A stretch of 64,000 nt of DNA from positions 689,474-753,473 of the forward strand of contig CAWHAA010000005.1 of the NCBI GenBank assembly GCA_963827275.1, read 5' to 3'. Each line of letters opens with the position of its first letter. Position 1 is the first letter of the stretch. The translations under genes and the position numbers were made by a program. Of the stretch, positions 51,723-61,857 are shown piece after piece. Origin of the DNA: an uncultured Spirochaetota bacterium (GTDB lineage Bacteria > Spirochaetota > UBA4802 > UBA5550). The notes beneath the pieces are model-generated. The model had not been told where the DNA came from. It ran no database searches and saw only the letters and a list, made by a program, of their open reading frames with translations.

Positions 51723-54197
51723 ATGAGAAAATTCATTATCGGTATCATTGCATTGTCTGCAGCGGCCGTGATCGGCGCCATGCCGGTCTCGGCGCAGGAG
51801 AAAAAGGGGGCTGAAGTGAAAGACCAGCCCGCAGCGGAGCAGGAGCAACAGCAGCCCGCTGAAGAAAAAAAGGACGTTACGGCACAGAAGTCTGACGTCT
51901 ATACCATCGGCGAGATCGTCATCCGCGAAAAGGCGATCGCCAACGTGGAGGACGCCGCCACGACGACCGAGCTTACGCCGGAAAGCCTGAAGGCGCGCTC
52001 CGCGCATACGCTGGACCAGGCGCTCGAGACAGTGCCGGGCATGATCGTGAAGCAGGGACAGAAGGGCCAGATGAACTTTGACATGCGCGGGTTCAGGCAC
52101 AACACGCTCGCCATCCTCGTGGACGGCCTCCCGTTCGAGGAGGTGTATGACGGCGGCGGGGGCGACATCTCCCGGATCCTGGTCATGAACGCGTCGAAAG
52201 TCGTCGTGAACCGGGGCACCTCGTCCGCGCTGTACGGCTCGCGCGGCGCCTTCGGCTCCATCAACGTGGTCACGAAAAAGCCGGAGCGCCTGAACTTCAA
52301 GGGCGGCGTCGAGGTCGACCAGTACGGCGGGTTCACCGTGAACGCATCGGGCGGCGCGGCATACAAGAATTTTTATTTCTGGCTCTCCGCCGCGGTCATG
52401 AAAAACAACAGCTACGAGATATCGAACCAGCTCGGAAGATCGAAAGCGCTCCGGTGGATGAACCGGCTTCATCCCCTGGTACGTGTACGGACATGACCAG
52501 CGGATCATACACGCCGGCAATCGACCATATTCACGGCGATGGGAATGGAATATATCCTCGACGACGACAGGTGGAACCACACCAATTCCATGAAATACTA
52601 CGCGTCGGGCAAGGCCGGGTACACGGTCAACGACAATATCGAGTTCGGCCTGTCCGCCTCATACTACCAGGGCGAGATGAACTTCAACGGGTTTGAGATC
52701 AGCAGCTACTCGTCATACGTCCTGGACGGGACCTGGGACGATCCCCGGAACAGCGAACATGTTCCAGAACCGCGCCTGGACACTGGCCCAAGGATTACCG
52801 GGTCAACGTGGCCCCCTACCTCACCCTCGAATTCGGCGACTTCTACATGAAGGCCATGTATTACTTCACCAGACAGGCGAACGTCCTCGAGGGATGGACG
52901 AACCAGGCGCAGTCAGCCATGTTCGACAGGGGCAAGATGTCCGAGCACGACGAGACAAGCAACGGCTTTTACATTTATCCCTCGTATAAATTCGCGCCGT
53001 GGAACAAGCTGAACGCGCTCGATCCACTACCGCATCGACCAGTTTTTAGAAATATAAAAAACGCCTTGCGCCCGTACGCGTCCGGCACCGCCAACTGGTA
53101 TACGCCCTGGTTCAAGACGGCCGAGATGTCGGCAAAGTACGTCGATGTCGCGCTGGAGGATGAATTCAAATTCAACACGCCGGCGGGCGACCTGCGTTTT
53201 CCCTCGGCATCTCGTATGACGCGCAGAAGCTGTCGACAAACCGGGGCGGCCGCTACAACATCAACGGCGACGAGGACATCACCGGGCTCCTTCGCTCGAC
53301 CGCATGAAACCGGAGAACACCTCCCTGATATGGGGCACCGGCGACGGGTTCAACCCGGTCTTCGCGCTGGTGTACGAGCCGGTCAAGGACATGCTGAAGA
53401 TCAGGGGCACCTTGTCGCAGAAGATCAAAGTTCCCGACCCTGCACGAGTACGCGGATTCCTCCGACTATATCGACGAATACTTCATGAGCGATCCCGGCG
53501 CTGCTGCCGCTGGTGATCAAGCTGAACCAGATCAAGCCGGAAACATCGTACAACGCCAACGCGGGATTCGAGCTCGACCTCCTCGACAAGAGCCCTGAAC
53601 CTGAGAGGGCGATTATTTCTACGCCTTCTATAAAAACAAGATCGAGAGCGTCTCCGACCCGAATGCCGCGGTGGGCAACCAGACACGCTATACGAACATC
53701 AAGGGGCGGGAGGTACACGGCGTGGAGAGCCACGTCGGCGCCACGATAGGCAAAAACCTGCTGAAAATCCTCGACATGAAGCCCTCCGCGACCTACGTAT
53801 TCACCGCACGCGCGCGACTGGTACGACGCGCCGGTGGTGAAGGGGGCGAAGGTCGCAGGAGACCCCGGCCCACCAGCTGATACTCCAGCTGAAGCTGGAT
53901 TTCATATCGGGAACGGGCCTCAACCTCTGGACAACGCCACCTTCAACCAGATGATGTACGTGCAGCAGATACCGACGACGCATACTCGGCGTCCGGTCTC
54001 TCGTACTTCCACGCAGGTGTACACGACCAAGAAACTCCACGATCCCTTCATGTTCAACATCACGGATATCGCAGCGGATCGTGGACCACTTTGAGCTCTG
54101 GGTGATGTGCAAGAACATGCTCGACGACTACAATGCCGACCCCTTCAACCCGGGTCCCGGCAGGACCTGGTATTTCGGCGGGGACGCGGAGTTTTAA
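51723..54197 (+). CDS. TonB-dependent receptor 2, paralog of receptor 1, with many frameshifts after ~52480 (errors or pseudogene)
   Basis: GGAGG RBS, GEIVIRE, LETVPG, MRGF, ILVDGLP, SALYG, IKPETSYN, NMLDDYNADPFNPGPG..GGDAEF*. Confidence 0.82.
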
Positions 54198-54212
54198 TCC
54201 TTGACAAAGCAG

Positions 54213-54247
54213 ACCGCGTGGGGCGACATGCCTCCACGCGGTTTTTT
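54213..54247 (+). terminator. Intrinsic terminator after receptor 2
   Basis: ACCGCGTGGGGC..GCCTCCACGCGGT followed by a T-run. Confidence 0.8.
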
Positions 54248-54289
54248 CATCACGCACCACTATCTGACAATTCATTGACAGGTACAATC

Positions 54290-55358
54290 ATGAAACAAGT
54301 CACTATGCATACTAACCTACCGCCCTTGCTGCTCTCATGCGTTGTCCCCTTCACCGGCTGCGGGCAGAAGATCACCGAGATCATGACGGTCACCGGGGCG
54401 ACGCCGCTCGCGCTGCAGGAATCCGTGCCTTCCGGCAGGTCGCTCACTATCACCGGACTGGTCAAAAAGGAATATGATCTTTCTTCGTACACGCTGAACA
54501 AGTTCGCGACGACCCGCATCCGCACCAGGGAAGTTTCCGCCGGCAGGGGAATTCGAGGGGGCATATGTGTATACCGGCATCCCGCTCTACAACATACTCG
54601 AAGGGAGTGTCGCCGCAGAAGCCGAAAAGCGCCGTCTTCGACAGGCCGCTTGACATCCTTGTCACGTTCCATGCCGCTTCCGGGAAAACGTCACGGTTCA
54701 GCTACTGGCGAGCTGATCATGACCGACGACCGCCATCCCTTCACGCTCGCGTTCCACCGCCGGCAGGTGCTCCCGCATAAAAACCCGGAACAATACACGA
54801 AAAACAGATATAAAGACAATATCCAGGGGCTCAGGCTCATCTGCCCGCGCGACCCGGACACCTCGCGCTACCTTGATGACGTGACGAAGATAACCTTTTC
54901 AGTGTTTAAGACGCCGGACGACATCCTCCCCGTTACGAAGAAAGGAAAGAAATGCTCGTCAGACGGAATAACGGTCATCCGCGGCGGCACCGCAGGGCCG
55001 GCTTCGTTCGTGAACGTCGCCAGGTCAAAGGCAGCCGGCTGGGTGCGCATCGGCCACGGCCAGGGGTTCAAGGGGATATCGGGGGCGGAGGGATACGAGC
55101 CTCCGTTCATTCCTTAAAAAAAACTTCAGGGATTGCGGTCCTGACAGCTTCTTTATCTTCGTCGCCTGCGACGGGTACCGCGCCCTCTTCTCCGGCCGCG
55201 AGATATTCCTCTCCGGCGACGGGGCGTCATACATGATCGTTGACTCGCTTGACGGGAAGAAGGCGACCGGCAACTACATGCTCGCGCCGGTGGACGACTA
55301 TTTCGTGGACCGCGACGTGTGGGGGCTCACCCACGTCGTCATGCTCGACGTAAAGTGA
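54290..55358 (+). CDS. Putative lipoprotein with tandem molybdopterin-binding-oxidoreductase-like domains (about 3-4 frameshifts)
   Basis: FTGC lipobox-like; YTGIPLYNILE, RFSYGEL, LRLICPRD..RYLDDV; second domain ACDGYRALFSGREIF, DYFVDRDVWGL. Confidence 0.6.
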
Positions 55359-55365
55359 GGGGGCC

Positions 55366-56112
55366 ATGTTCACGACCAACAACCACCTGTATCTCTATGT
55401 CGCGGTCGGCATGTTTGCCGTCTCCCTCGCCCTCTGCCTGGCCAGGGCGCGGTCGGCCGGGTTGACCGCGTTCCTTCCCGGCCTGGCCCTCTATTCCCTC
55501 TACCTCGCCGGCAGGGCATGGATCGCCGGGACCTTCATTCCGAACCCGGTGATTGAGGGGCCCTACCTGCTCCCCTGGTGCCTCGGCGTCATCGCGCTGC
55601 TCATGATCGCGCGGCGCGACGGCCGCTGGTGGTACGTCCTTGTCCCGCTCCTGGTCTTCTCAGGGTTCGCGCTCTATTACGCGAGGGGGATCATCCCCCC
55701 GACGCCGAACAAGCTGACGCCGTGGATCATCGCATTTTTCGTCCCGGAGGTGTTCGCGCACGCCTGCTTCTACTGCGGCGCGGTGTTCGCCGCGTTCCTC
55801 CTCGCCGGACGCGAGCGGGCTGAAACCTTCCACCGGTTCATGGTGTGGGGCTTCGTGCTCTACTCCGTGGCCCAGGTGACCGGCGCGGTATGGTGCTACC
55901 TTGGCTGGGGCAACACCTTCCAGTGGGGGCCCCGTCACATGAGCTCCGCCGCGGTCTGGCTCATCTGTGCCGCCTATATCCACCTGAAATACATCCCCGG
56001 CTGGAACGGCAGGCGCCGGGCCTGGTTCGCGATCGCCGCCGCGGTCGTGGTGCTCGCGGTGACGAGCAATTCTTACCTGCGCGAAATGAACTTTCCCCGG
56101 ATCGGAGGCTGA
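55366..56112 (+). CDS. CcsA/ResC-like membrane protein (heme-handling family)
   Basis: Multi-TM; GAVWCYLGWGNTFQWGPRH in the position of the WWD motif; AHACF and YIHLK histidines. Confidence 0.75.
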   Translation: MFTTNNHLYLYVAVGMFAVSLALCLARARSAGLTAFLPGLALYSLYLAGRAWIAGTFIPNPVIEGPYLLPWCLGVIALLMIARRDGRWWYVLVPLLVFSGFALYYARGIIPPTPNKLTPWIIAFFVPEVFAHACFYCGAVFAAFLLAGRERAETFHRFMVWGFVLYSVAQVTGAVWCYLGWGNTFQWGPRHMSSAAVWLICAAYIHLKYIPGWNGRRRAWFAIAAAVVVLAVTSNSYLREMNFPRIGG

Positions 56113-56113
56113 C

Positions 56114-56971
56114 ATGATACGAAAACTCTGGAATGTAATCGGCGATATCAGGCTCTCCTTCTGGCTGCTCCTTGCCGCAGCGGCCCTGTTTTTCACCGGG
56201 TCCTTATATACATCACTCGATTTTTCCTATTTCAAAGCGATGAACGAGCTCAGGATACAGGACTGGCTGTCCCGGGAATTGCCGGCCCGTCCCGGCGCCA
56301 ACTGGTGGCTGGTCCCGCTTTTTGCCGTTCTGTTCCTCCTCGGGGTGAATACCGTCATCTGTACGCTGAATCGCGTCATCGCGCTCTTTTCAGCACGCAC
56401 GAAAACCGACTACCGGTTCGTACTAGCGCTCCTCCCCTCGGTGGTCCACCTCCTCTTCATCACGGTCATGCTCGGTCACGCGGTGACCATAACGATGGGG
56501 TCCTGGAACAGGCTCCCCCTGGCCGAAGGGGCCGTGCTGCAGATCGACCCGTCAGTCCCTCCCCTGACCGTGGGCACAATCAAGGACGAATTCTTCCAGG
56601 AAGGATCATTCCTCGCGAACAGGATCAGGCAGACCACGGTCCCGCTTGCCGGCGCCGGCGACGAGATACGGCTCTCCTACCTCGATTCCATCAAATATCA
56701 TGGATACCGACTCCACCTCGACATGGTGAAGAAAAAAACCCCCGGCAATCATGAAAACCGGCACGCGCAGATGGCCGACAGCAAGGAGACCTGCAACAGG
56801 TCGGAAACATTCCGGTCGGGTAAGCGAACGCGGGAGCCGGCGCAGGAGCTTTACCTCCTTGCCATTGCAGACCCGGGCCTCCCGGTAATCCTTGCCTCAT
56901 TTTCGCTCATTCTTGTCATAATGACCTGGTATTTCATAGAATCAATGCGGCGTCGCGACCGGGAAGCATGA
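56114..56971 (+). CDS. CcsB/ResB-like membrane protein
   Basis: IRLSFWLL, LGVNTVICTLNR, VVHLLF..LGH, periplasmic domain, C-terminal DPGLPVI plus TM. Confidence 0.7.
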   Translation: MIRKLWNVIGDIRLSFWLLLAAAALFFTGSLYTSLDFSYFKAMNELRIQDWLSRELPARPGANWWLVPLFAVLFLLGVNTVICTLNRVIALFSARTKTDYRFVLALLPSVVHLLFITVMLGHAVTITMGSWNRLPLAEGAVLQIDPSVPPLTVGTIKDEFFQEGSFLANRIRQTTVPLAGAGDEIRLSYLDSIKYHGYRLHLDMVKKKTPGNHENRHAQMADSKETCNRSETFRSGKRTREPAQELYLLAIADPGLPVILASFSLILVIMTWYFIESMRRRDREA

Positions 56972-57007
56972 GCAGGGATACGGTTTTATCATGGCGCATT
57001 TTATGAG

Positions 57008-57036
57008 TTGAAAAAAATACTCGTTGTTTGTATATT
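57008..57036 (+). promoter_or_regulatory. Sigma70 promoter for mop and the regulator
   Basis: TTGAAA-17bp-TATATT, a GTTAC at 57038, and AAGGAGG RBS downstream. Confidence 0.6.
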
Positions 57037-57067
57037 TGTTACATCTCTAAATTAAGGAGGTGCGGCA

Positions 57068-57277
57068 ATGAAAATCAGCGCCCGTAACGTGATCAAGGGA
57101 ACGATAACAAAGATCGTCCAGGGCTCGGTGAACAACGAGGTATACATCGGGCTCCCGGGCGGGAACGAGATCGTTTCCATAATAACAAAGACTTCGGCGA
57201 AAACGCTCGGCCTCAAGAAAGGCAAGCAGGTGTACGCGGTCGTCAAGGCCTCGAACGTGATGATCGCGGTTGACTGA
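57068..57277 (+). CDS. mop: Molbindin (Mop/TOBE molybdate-tungstate-binding protein)
   Basis: MKISARNVIKG...SIITKTS..LGL..GKQVYAVVKASNVM; 69 aa. Confidence 0.93.
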   Translation: MKISARNVIKGTITKIVQGSVNNEVYIGLPGGNEIVSIITKTSAKTLGLKKGKQVYAVVKASNVMIAVD

Positions 57278-57279
57278 CC

Positions 57280-58185
57280 ATGCCTGAAGAATTCATGAGC
57301 ACCAAAGAAGTGGCGGAGTACCTGGGGATAAACGAGAAGCAGGTCTATGCCCTCATCAAGGCCGGGAAAATGCCCTGCACCAGGGTCACCGGGAAATGGG
57401 TGTTCCCGAAAAACATCATCGACGAATGGATCAACAAGAACGCCAGGGGCAGCCTCAAGCCGGTCGCGACAAGCGATCGTGACCCGGGCCGCATCCTGGC
57501 GGCGGGGAGCAACGACCCGGTCCTTGACCTCCTGATAAGCCAGAATTATGACAATGTCAATATCTTCTCCTGCAATACGGGGAGCACCGAGGGCCTCCGC
57601 CTCCTGTCCGAATCCAGGGCCGATATCGCCTGGTGCCATCTTTTTGACCCCGAAACAGGGACATACAACATACCCTACATCGAGTCGCACTTCGCGGACC
57701 GGAAGGTCGCGATGGTCCACCTGTTTTACCGGGAGATCGGGCTCCTTGTCGCGCCCGACCATGTAAAAAGAATAAAGAAGCTCCAGGATATTTCGTCCGG
57801 TATACGGTTCATCAACCGCCAGAAGGGATCGGGCATCCGGCTGTTCCTGGATTACCACCTGAAAAAAGCCGGCATCGATCCCGCGTCGATCACCGGGTAT
57901 GATAGCGAGGTGTACACCCACTTCGAGATAGGGCTGTCAATCCTTGCCGGCAAGGCGGACGCGGGGATTTCCTCCGTGGCGATCTCAAAGCTCATGGGGA
58001 TCCCCTTTGTGCCCCTGGCCAGGGAGAGCTTCGACATGGTGCTCGGCAAGGACACCTTCTTCGAGAAGGGGATCCAGGCCTTCATCGAGACACTCCAGTC
58101 GAAAAAATTCAGGAAGACCGTGGAGCCGCTCGGCGATTACAGCTTTTCAGATTCGGGGAAAATACTCTATTCAACGGCGGGGTGA
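57280..58185 (+). CDS. Excisionase-like HTH plus PBP-domain transcription factor (TaoR-like Mo/W regulator)
   Basis: MSTKEVAEYL..KQVYALIKAGKMP..GKWVFP; AGSND, GSTEGL, FINRQKGSGIR, YTHFEI. Confidence 0.85.
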   Translation: MPEEFMSTKEVAEYLGINEKQVYALIKAGKMPCTRVTGKWVFPKNIIDEWINKNARGSLKPVATSDRDPGRILAAGSNDPVLDLLISQNYDNVNIFSCNTGSTEGLRLLSESRADIAWCHLFDPETGTYNIPYIESHFADRKVAMVHLFYREIGLLVAPDHVKRIKKLQDISSGIRFINRQKGSGIRLFLDYHLKKAGIDPASITGYDSEVYTHFEIGLSILAGKADAGISSVAISKLMGIPFVPLARESFDMVLGKDTFFEKGIQAFIETLQSKKFRKTVEPLGDYSFSDSGKILYSTAG

Positions 58186-59279
58186 CCGGCCCCCTGCCTG
58201 GCGGAAAAGCCTGAAATGTAGCTTACAATCTCACCGATATTCATGACCATGTCCGCCGCGCCGATTTTTATCGCTTCCCGCGGCATGCCGAAGACGACCG
58301 ATGACGCCTCGTCCTGGGCCACCGTTTTCGATCCGGCCTCCTTCATCTCGAAAAGGCCGGCCGCGCCGTCCGAGCCCATCCCCGTCAACAGGACGCCGAC
58401 CGCATTGCGCCCCGCGACCTGCGCCACGGAACGGAAGAGCACGTCCACGGACGGCCGGTGGCGATTGACCGGCAGGCCGTCATTGATCTCCACGTAGTAG
58501 CCCCTCGCATCAGACCTGAGGAGCATGTGCCTGTTCCCGGGGGCGATGAGCGCCATGCCGGCGTAGAGCCGGTCGCCGTTCTCCGCCTCCTTCACCGCCG
58601 GCCGGGCGAACCCGTTGATCCGGTCCGCGAAGGCCCTGGTGAATTTTTCCGGCATGTGCTGCACGATAACGATGCCGGGGACATCCTCGGGCAGCCCCTT
58701 GAAAATTTCCGCGATCGCCTCGGTCCCCCCCGTGGACGCCCCCATGGCGATGACCGTGCCGCCCTGCCGCGCCGGGGGCGCCGGCTTCCTTTTGGGGAGT
58801 ATGACTTCGGCGGAATATTTCTTCAGCGTATCGGCGGGGGCCCCGGTGATACGGCCGGCGGCGGGCAGGCCCCGCGGCCTCGCCTGGCTTGCCGCTATCA
58901 CCTTTTCGACCAGCTCGGCGGAAAAATCGACCTTCGCGTCATCGCTGCTGATGGCCGGCTTCAGGATAAAATCAACGGCGCCCAGCTCCAGGGCCTTCAT
59001 GGTGATGCGCGCGCCCGTCTCGGTGAAGGAACTCACCATGATGACGGGCAGCGGGCGGGCGATCATGAGTTTCGAGAGGAACGTCAGGCCGTCCATGCGC
59101 GGCATCTCGAAATCCAGCGTTATGACGTCAGGGCTGTACTTCTTGATCTTTGTCACGGCGATAATGGGATCGAGCGCGGTCGCGATGACCTCGATCCGCC
59201 CCGAGCGAGAGAGCGCTTCCGTAAGGAATTTCCGGGCGACCGCCGAATCGTCAATGACCAGGACCTTTATTTTTTTCAT
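58167..59279 (-). CDS. cheB: Chemotaxis methylesterase CheB
   Basis: Receiver VIDDS/TLDFEMPRMDG; GASTGG, VQHMP, HRPSVDVLF, LTGMGSDGA. Confidence 0.96.
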   Translation of the reverse strand: MKKIKVLVIDDSAVARKFLTEALSRSGRIEVIATALDPIIAVTKIKKYSPDVITLDFEMPRMDGLTFLSKLMIARPLPVIMVSSFTETGARITMKALELGAVDFILKPAISSDDAKVDFSAELVEKVIAASQARPRGLPAAGRITGAPADTLKKYSAEVILPKRKPAPPARQGGTVIAMGASTGGTEAIAEIFKGLPEDVPGIVIVQHMPEKFTRAFADRINGFARPAVKEAENGDRLYAGMALIAPGNRHMLLRSDARGYYVEINDGLPVNRHRPSVDVLFRSVAQVAGRNAVGVLLTGMGSDGAAGLFEMKEAGSKTVAQDEASSVVFGMPREAIKIGAADMVMNIGEIVSYISGFSARQGAGHPAVE

Positions 59280-59310
59280 GCCCCGATCCTGGCCCCCGGC
59301 GCTTTCACGG

Positions 59311-59829
59311 TCACCGGCCTCTTTCCCGGCTCTCGCCGCGGCGGATATACTTCATGAACACCTTCCCGGTTTTTACGTCCATCAGGATCTTGCGGGCGGT
59401 GTCTCCTCCCACCTTCATTTCAACAATCGGGATGTCTTCCATCTCGATCAGGGCCCGCGCGAGGCGCACGTTGTCCATCGGGATAGTGCTGGAATCGAGG
59501 GCGGTGTATATGACGTGACCGCCCCCGAAGATCTTGGCCACCAGGTCCCTGCGGACAGCGCCCCGCCGCTCCATCATCCCCAGCAGATCGGTTATCGCGC
59601 TGACGCCATACCGGGCCGACCCCGCGCTGAAAAGATCGTTCTTCACCATCCTTCCCGGGAGCATGAAATGGTTCATTCCCGAAATGCGGCGTACCGGGTC
59701 GTGCAGGCACACCGCCACGCATGACCCGAGCAGGGTGCCTATCATCTCGTCCTGGTCGGAAACGTGGTACTCGCCCGGCTGGATGATCGTGATATGCTTG
59801 TCAAATTGCCTTCTGTGCGGTATGTGCAT
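59311..59829 (-). CDS. cheD: Chemoreceptor glutamine deamidase CheD (copy 1)
   Basis: TLLGSCVAVCL, GMNHFMLP, ARYG, AKIFGGG. Confidence 0.92.
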   Translation of the reverse strand: MHIPHRRQFDKHITIIQPGEYHVSDQDEMIGTLLGSCVAVCLHDPVRRISGMNHFMLPGRMVKNDLFSAGSARYGVSAITDLLGMMERRGAVRRDLVAKIFGGGHVIYTALDSSTIPMDNVRLARALIEMEDIPIVEMKVGGDTARKILMDVKTGKVFMKYIRRGESRERGR

Positions 59830-59830
59830 G

Positions 59831-60679
59831 CTATACGACCTTCCTGTAAATCGTGTTGCCGATAAAGCTGAACCTGTTGGTCAGTCCGGTAAGCGTCTCG
59901 GAATGGCCCATGATCAGGTACCCGTCATCGTTCAGGAACCTTTCAAACTTTTCGAACAGCTTCTTCCTCGACGCCGTATCAAAATAGATTATGACATTTC
60001 TGCAGAATATAATATCAAACGTTCTTTTCATCGGGTAGCAATCATCGAGAAGGTTCAGCCTGCCGAACGTTATCAGGCCGCGCACCGCTTCCGTCACCTT
60101 GAACAATCCCGCATTATCGCCGCGTCCCCTCTTGAAATACCTCCTCACGATATCGATATCCACGTTCTCCAGTTCCGCCGCGCCGAAGACGCCCGCTTCC
60201 GCCTTGCGCAGCACCTGGGTGTCGATATCGGTCGCGAGGATCCTGACATCGGGAAACATCCTGTCCCGGAAATATTCGCGGATGCTGATCGCGATGGTAT
60301 AGGGCTCCGCGCCGTTCGAGCAGCCGGCGCTCCAGATCCTGAGGGCCTTCCTGCCGGCGCGCTCGAATTCGGGCAGCGCGGTCTCCTTCATGAAGTCAAA
60401 ATGCCTCGGCTCCCTGAAAAAATCGGTCTTGTTGGTGGTGATGCAGTTGATGAGATTCACTATCTCCGCATCGTAGTTGTCGGCCAGATAGCCGCAGTAT
60501 GATTCATAATCGGGGATCTTGAGCTCCCGGAGCCGCTTCATGACCCGGGACTGCACAAGGGCCTTTTTCATATCGGTAAGATTGATCCCGCTCTCTTTAT
60601 AGACGACCTCGCGGATGAGATTGAACTCACCGTCATTGAGCGCCCTGATTCCGGATATGGCGATCACCGCACACCTCAA
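59831..60679 (-). CDS. cheR: Chemotaxis methyltransferase CheR
   Basis: TTNKTDFFRE, IWSAGCSNGAEPY, ILATDID, IFCRNVIIYFD, GHSE. Confidence 0.96.
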   Translation of the reverse strand: MRCAVIAISGIRALNDGEFNLIREVVYKESGINLTDMKKALVQSRVMKRLRELKIPDYESYCGYLADNYDAEIVNLINCITTNKTDFFREPRHFDFMKETALPEFERAGRKALRIWSAGCSNGAEPYTIAISIREYFRDRMFPDVRILATDIDTQVLRKAEAGVFGAAELENVDIDIVRRYFKRGRGDNAGLFKVTEAVRGLITFGRLNLLDDCYPMKRTFDIIFCRNVIIYFDTASRKKLFEKFERFLNDDGYLIMGHSETLTGLTNRFSFIGNTIYRKVV

Positions 60680-61263
60680 TCAAACAGTATTACCCTGCCG
60701 TACTTCTCTTTGCTCGTGAACATGTAGGCGATATACTCGTTCTCAAGCTTCATGAACTCAGAATGATCATGGTTGTTATTCAGGAACTTTCTGTACGAGA
60801 CCCCGGTCTGGGGGCAAAAGAAAATTTTTCTCCGCTGGTTGCCGCCCAGGTCCTCCCGGTGAACCTCGATTTTTTCGTAGCCGAAATATTCATGCAGGAA
60901 CCGTATATTGCCGCCCGAGGTCGCGCCCATTGACCCGTTGTTGCCGAACACTCCCGCCCCATACAGGATCGCGCGCAGCGACTTCCTCGTGCTGCCCTGC
61001 TTCACCATCTCCCCCATGAGCTGCTCCATGCAGGCGATGCCCTGCTTGGCCACCTCGTCGGCGACGATCCCCTCCGTGCCCATCGCCCCGGGAAGGATGA
61101 AGTGCCCCATCCCGCCGATGTTCCTGATCCTGTCATGCAGGCACACCACCACGCAGGAGCCGGTAACGGTCGCAAGGAGGCTCGGGCCCGACGTTGCGAA
61201 ATAATCTCCCGGGTAAAGGAGGTACAGGGTTTTCCCGAACCTGTTTGATTCGCTCCGTATCAT
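60676..61263 (-). CDS. cheD: CheD-like protein (copy 2)
   Basis: TVTGSCVVVCL, GMGHFILP, EDLGG..RKI. Confidence 0.85.
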   Translation of the reverse strand: MIRSESNRFGKTLYLLYPGDYFATSGPSLLATVTGSCVVVCLHDRIRNIGGMGHFILPGAMGTEGIVADEVAKQGIACMEQLMGEMVKQGSTRKSLRAILYGAGVFGNNGSMGATSGGNIRFLHEYFGYEKIEVHREDLGGNQRRKIFFCPQTGVSYRKFLNNNHDHSEFMKLENEYIAYMFTSKEKYGRVILFD

Positions 61264-61266
61264 GCG

Positions 61267-61779
61267 CTATTCCGTTTCGTCCTGTTCCATCGTCTTCATC
61301 TCATCGGCGGAAAATATCTCATCGATGTCGAGGAGAATGACGAGCTTTTCGTTGATCTGCCCGATCCCGGCGATAAATTGCGTGTCTATCTTCGCGGTAA
61401 AATGGGGCGTGTCGTGGATGCCGGCCTCCGGTATCCCCACAACGTCGGACACGGAATCAACGATCATTCCCACCAGCATCTTTTTTATCTCAACGATTAT
61501 GATGACCGTAAACATGTCATACTGCCGCTCCTCCATGTGAAAGCGCTTCCGCATATCGACAACGGGCACGACCGATCCGCGCAGGTTGATGACGCCCTTC
61601 ATGAAATCGGGGCTGTTTGGCACAAATACGATCCCGGTCATGCCGATAATTTCCTGGACCTTCAGCACTTCGACCCCGTAATTCTCTTCGGCAATTACAA
61701 AGGTCACGAACTGCCTGTCGGCCTGGAGGAGGCCTTCTTTCTTTCTCTCGGTTGTATCATTCAGCGCCATGGTATTCAT
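61267..61779 (-). CDS. cheW: Chemotaxis coupling protein CheW
   Basis: YGVEVLKVQEII, GVINLRGSVVPVVD, GMIVDSVSDV. Confidence 0.95.
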   Translation of the reverse strand: MNTMALNDTTERKKEGLLQADRQFVTFVIAEENYGVEVLKVQEIIGMTGIVFVPNSPDFMKGVINLRGSVVPVVDMRKRFHMEERQYDMFTVIIIVEIKKMLVGMIVDSVSDVVGIPEAGIHDTPHFTAKIDTQFIAGIGQINEKLVILLDIDEIFSADEMKTMEQDETE

Positions 61780-61857
61780 TATCTTCTTCCTCCTTGGTTC
61801 ATTAATCAGTTAACATATGACATCAGCTCTAACCGGCCTTTACCGCGGGCGGTCACC

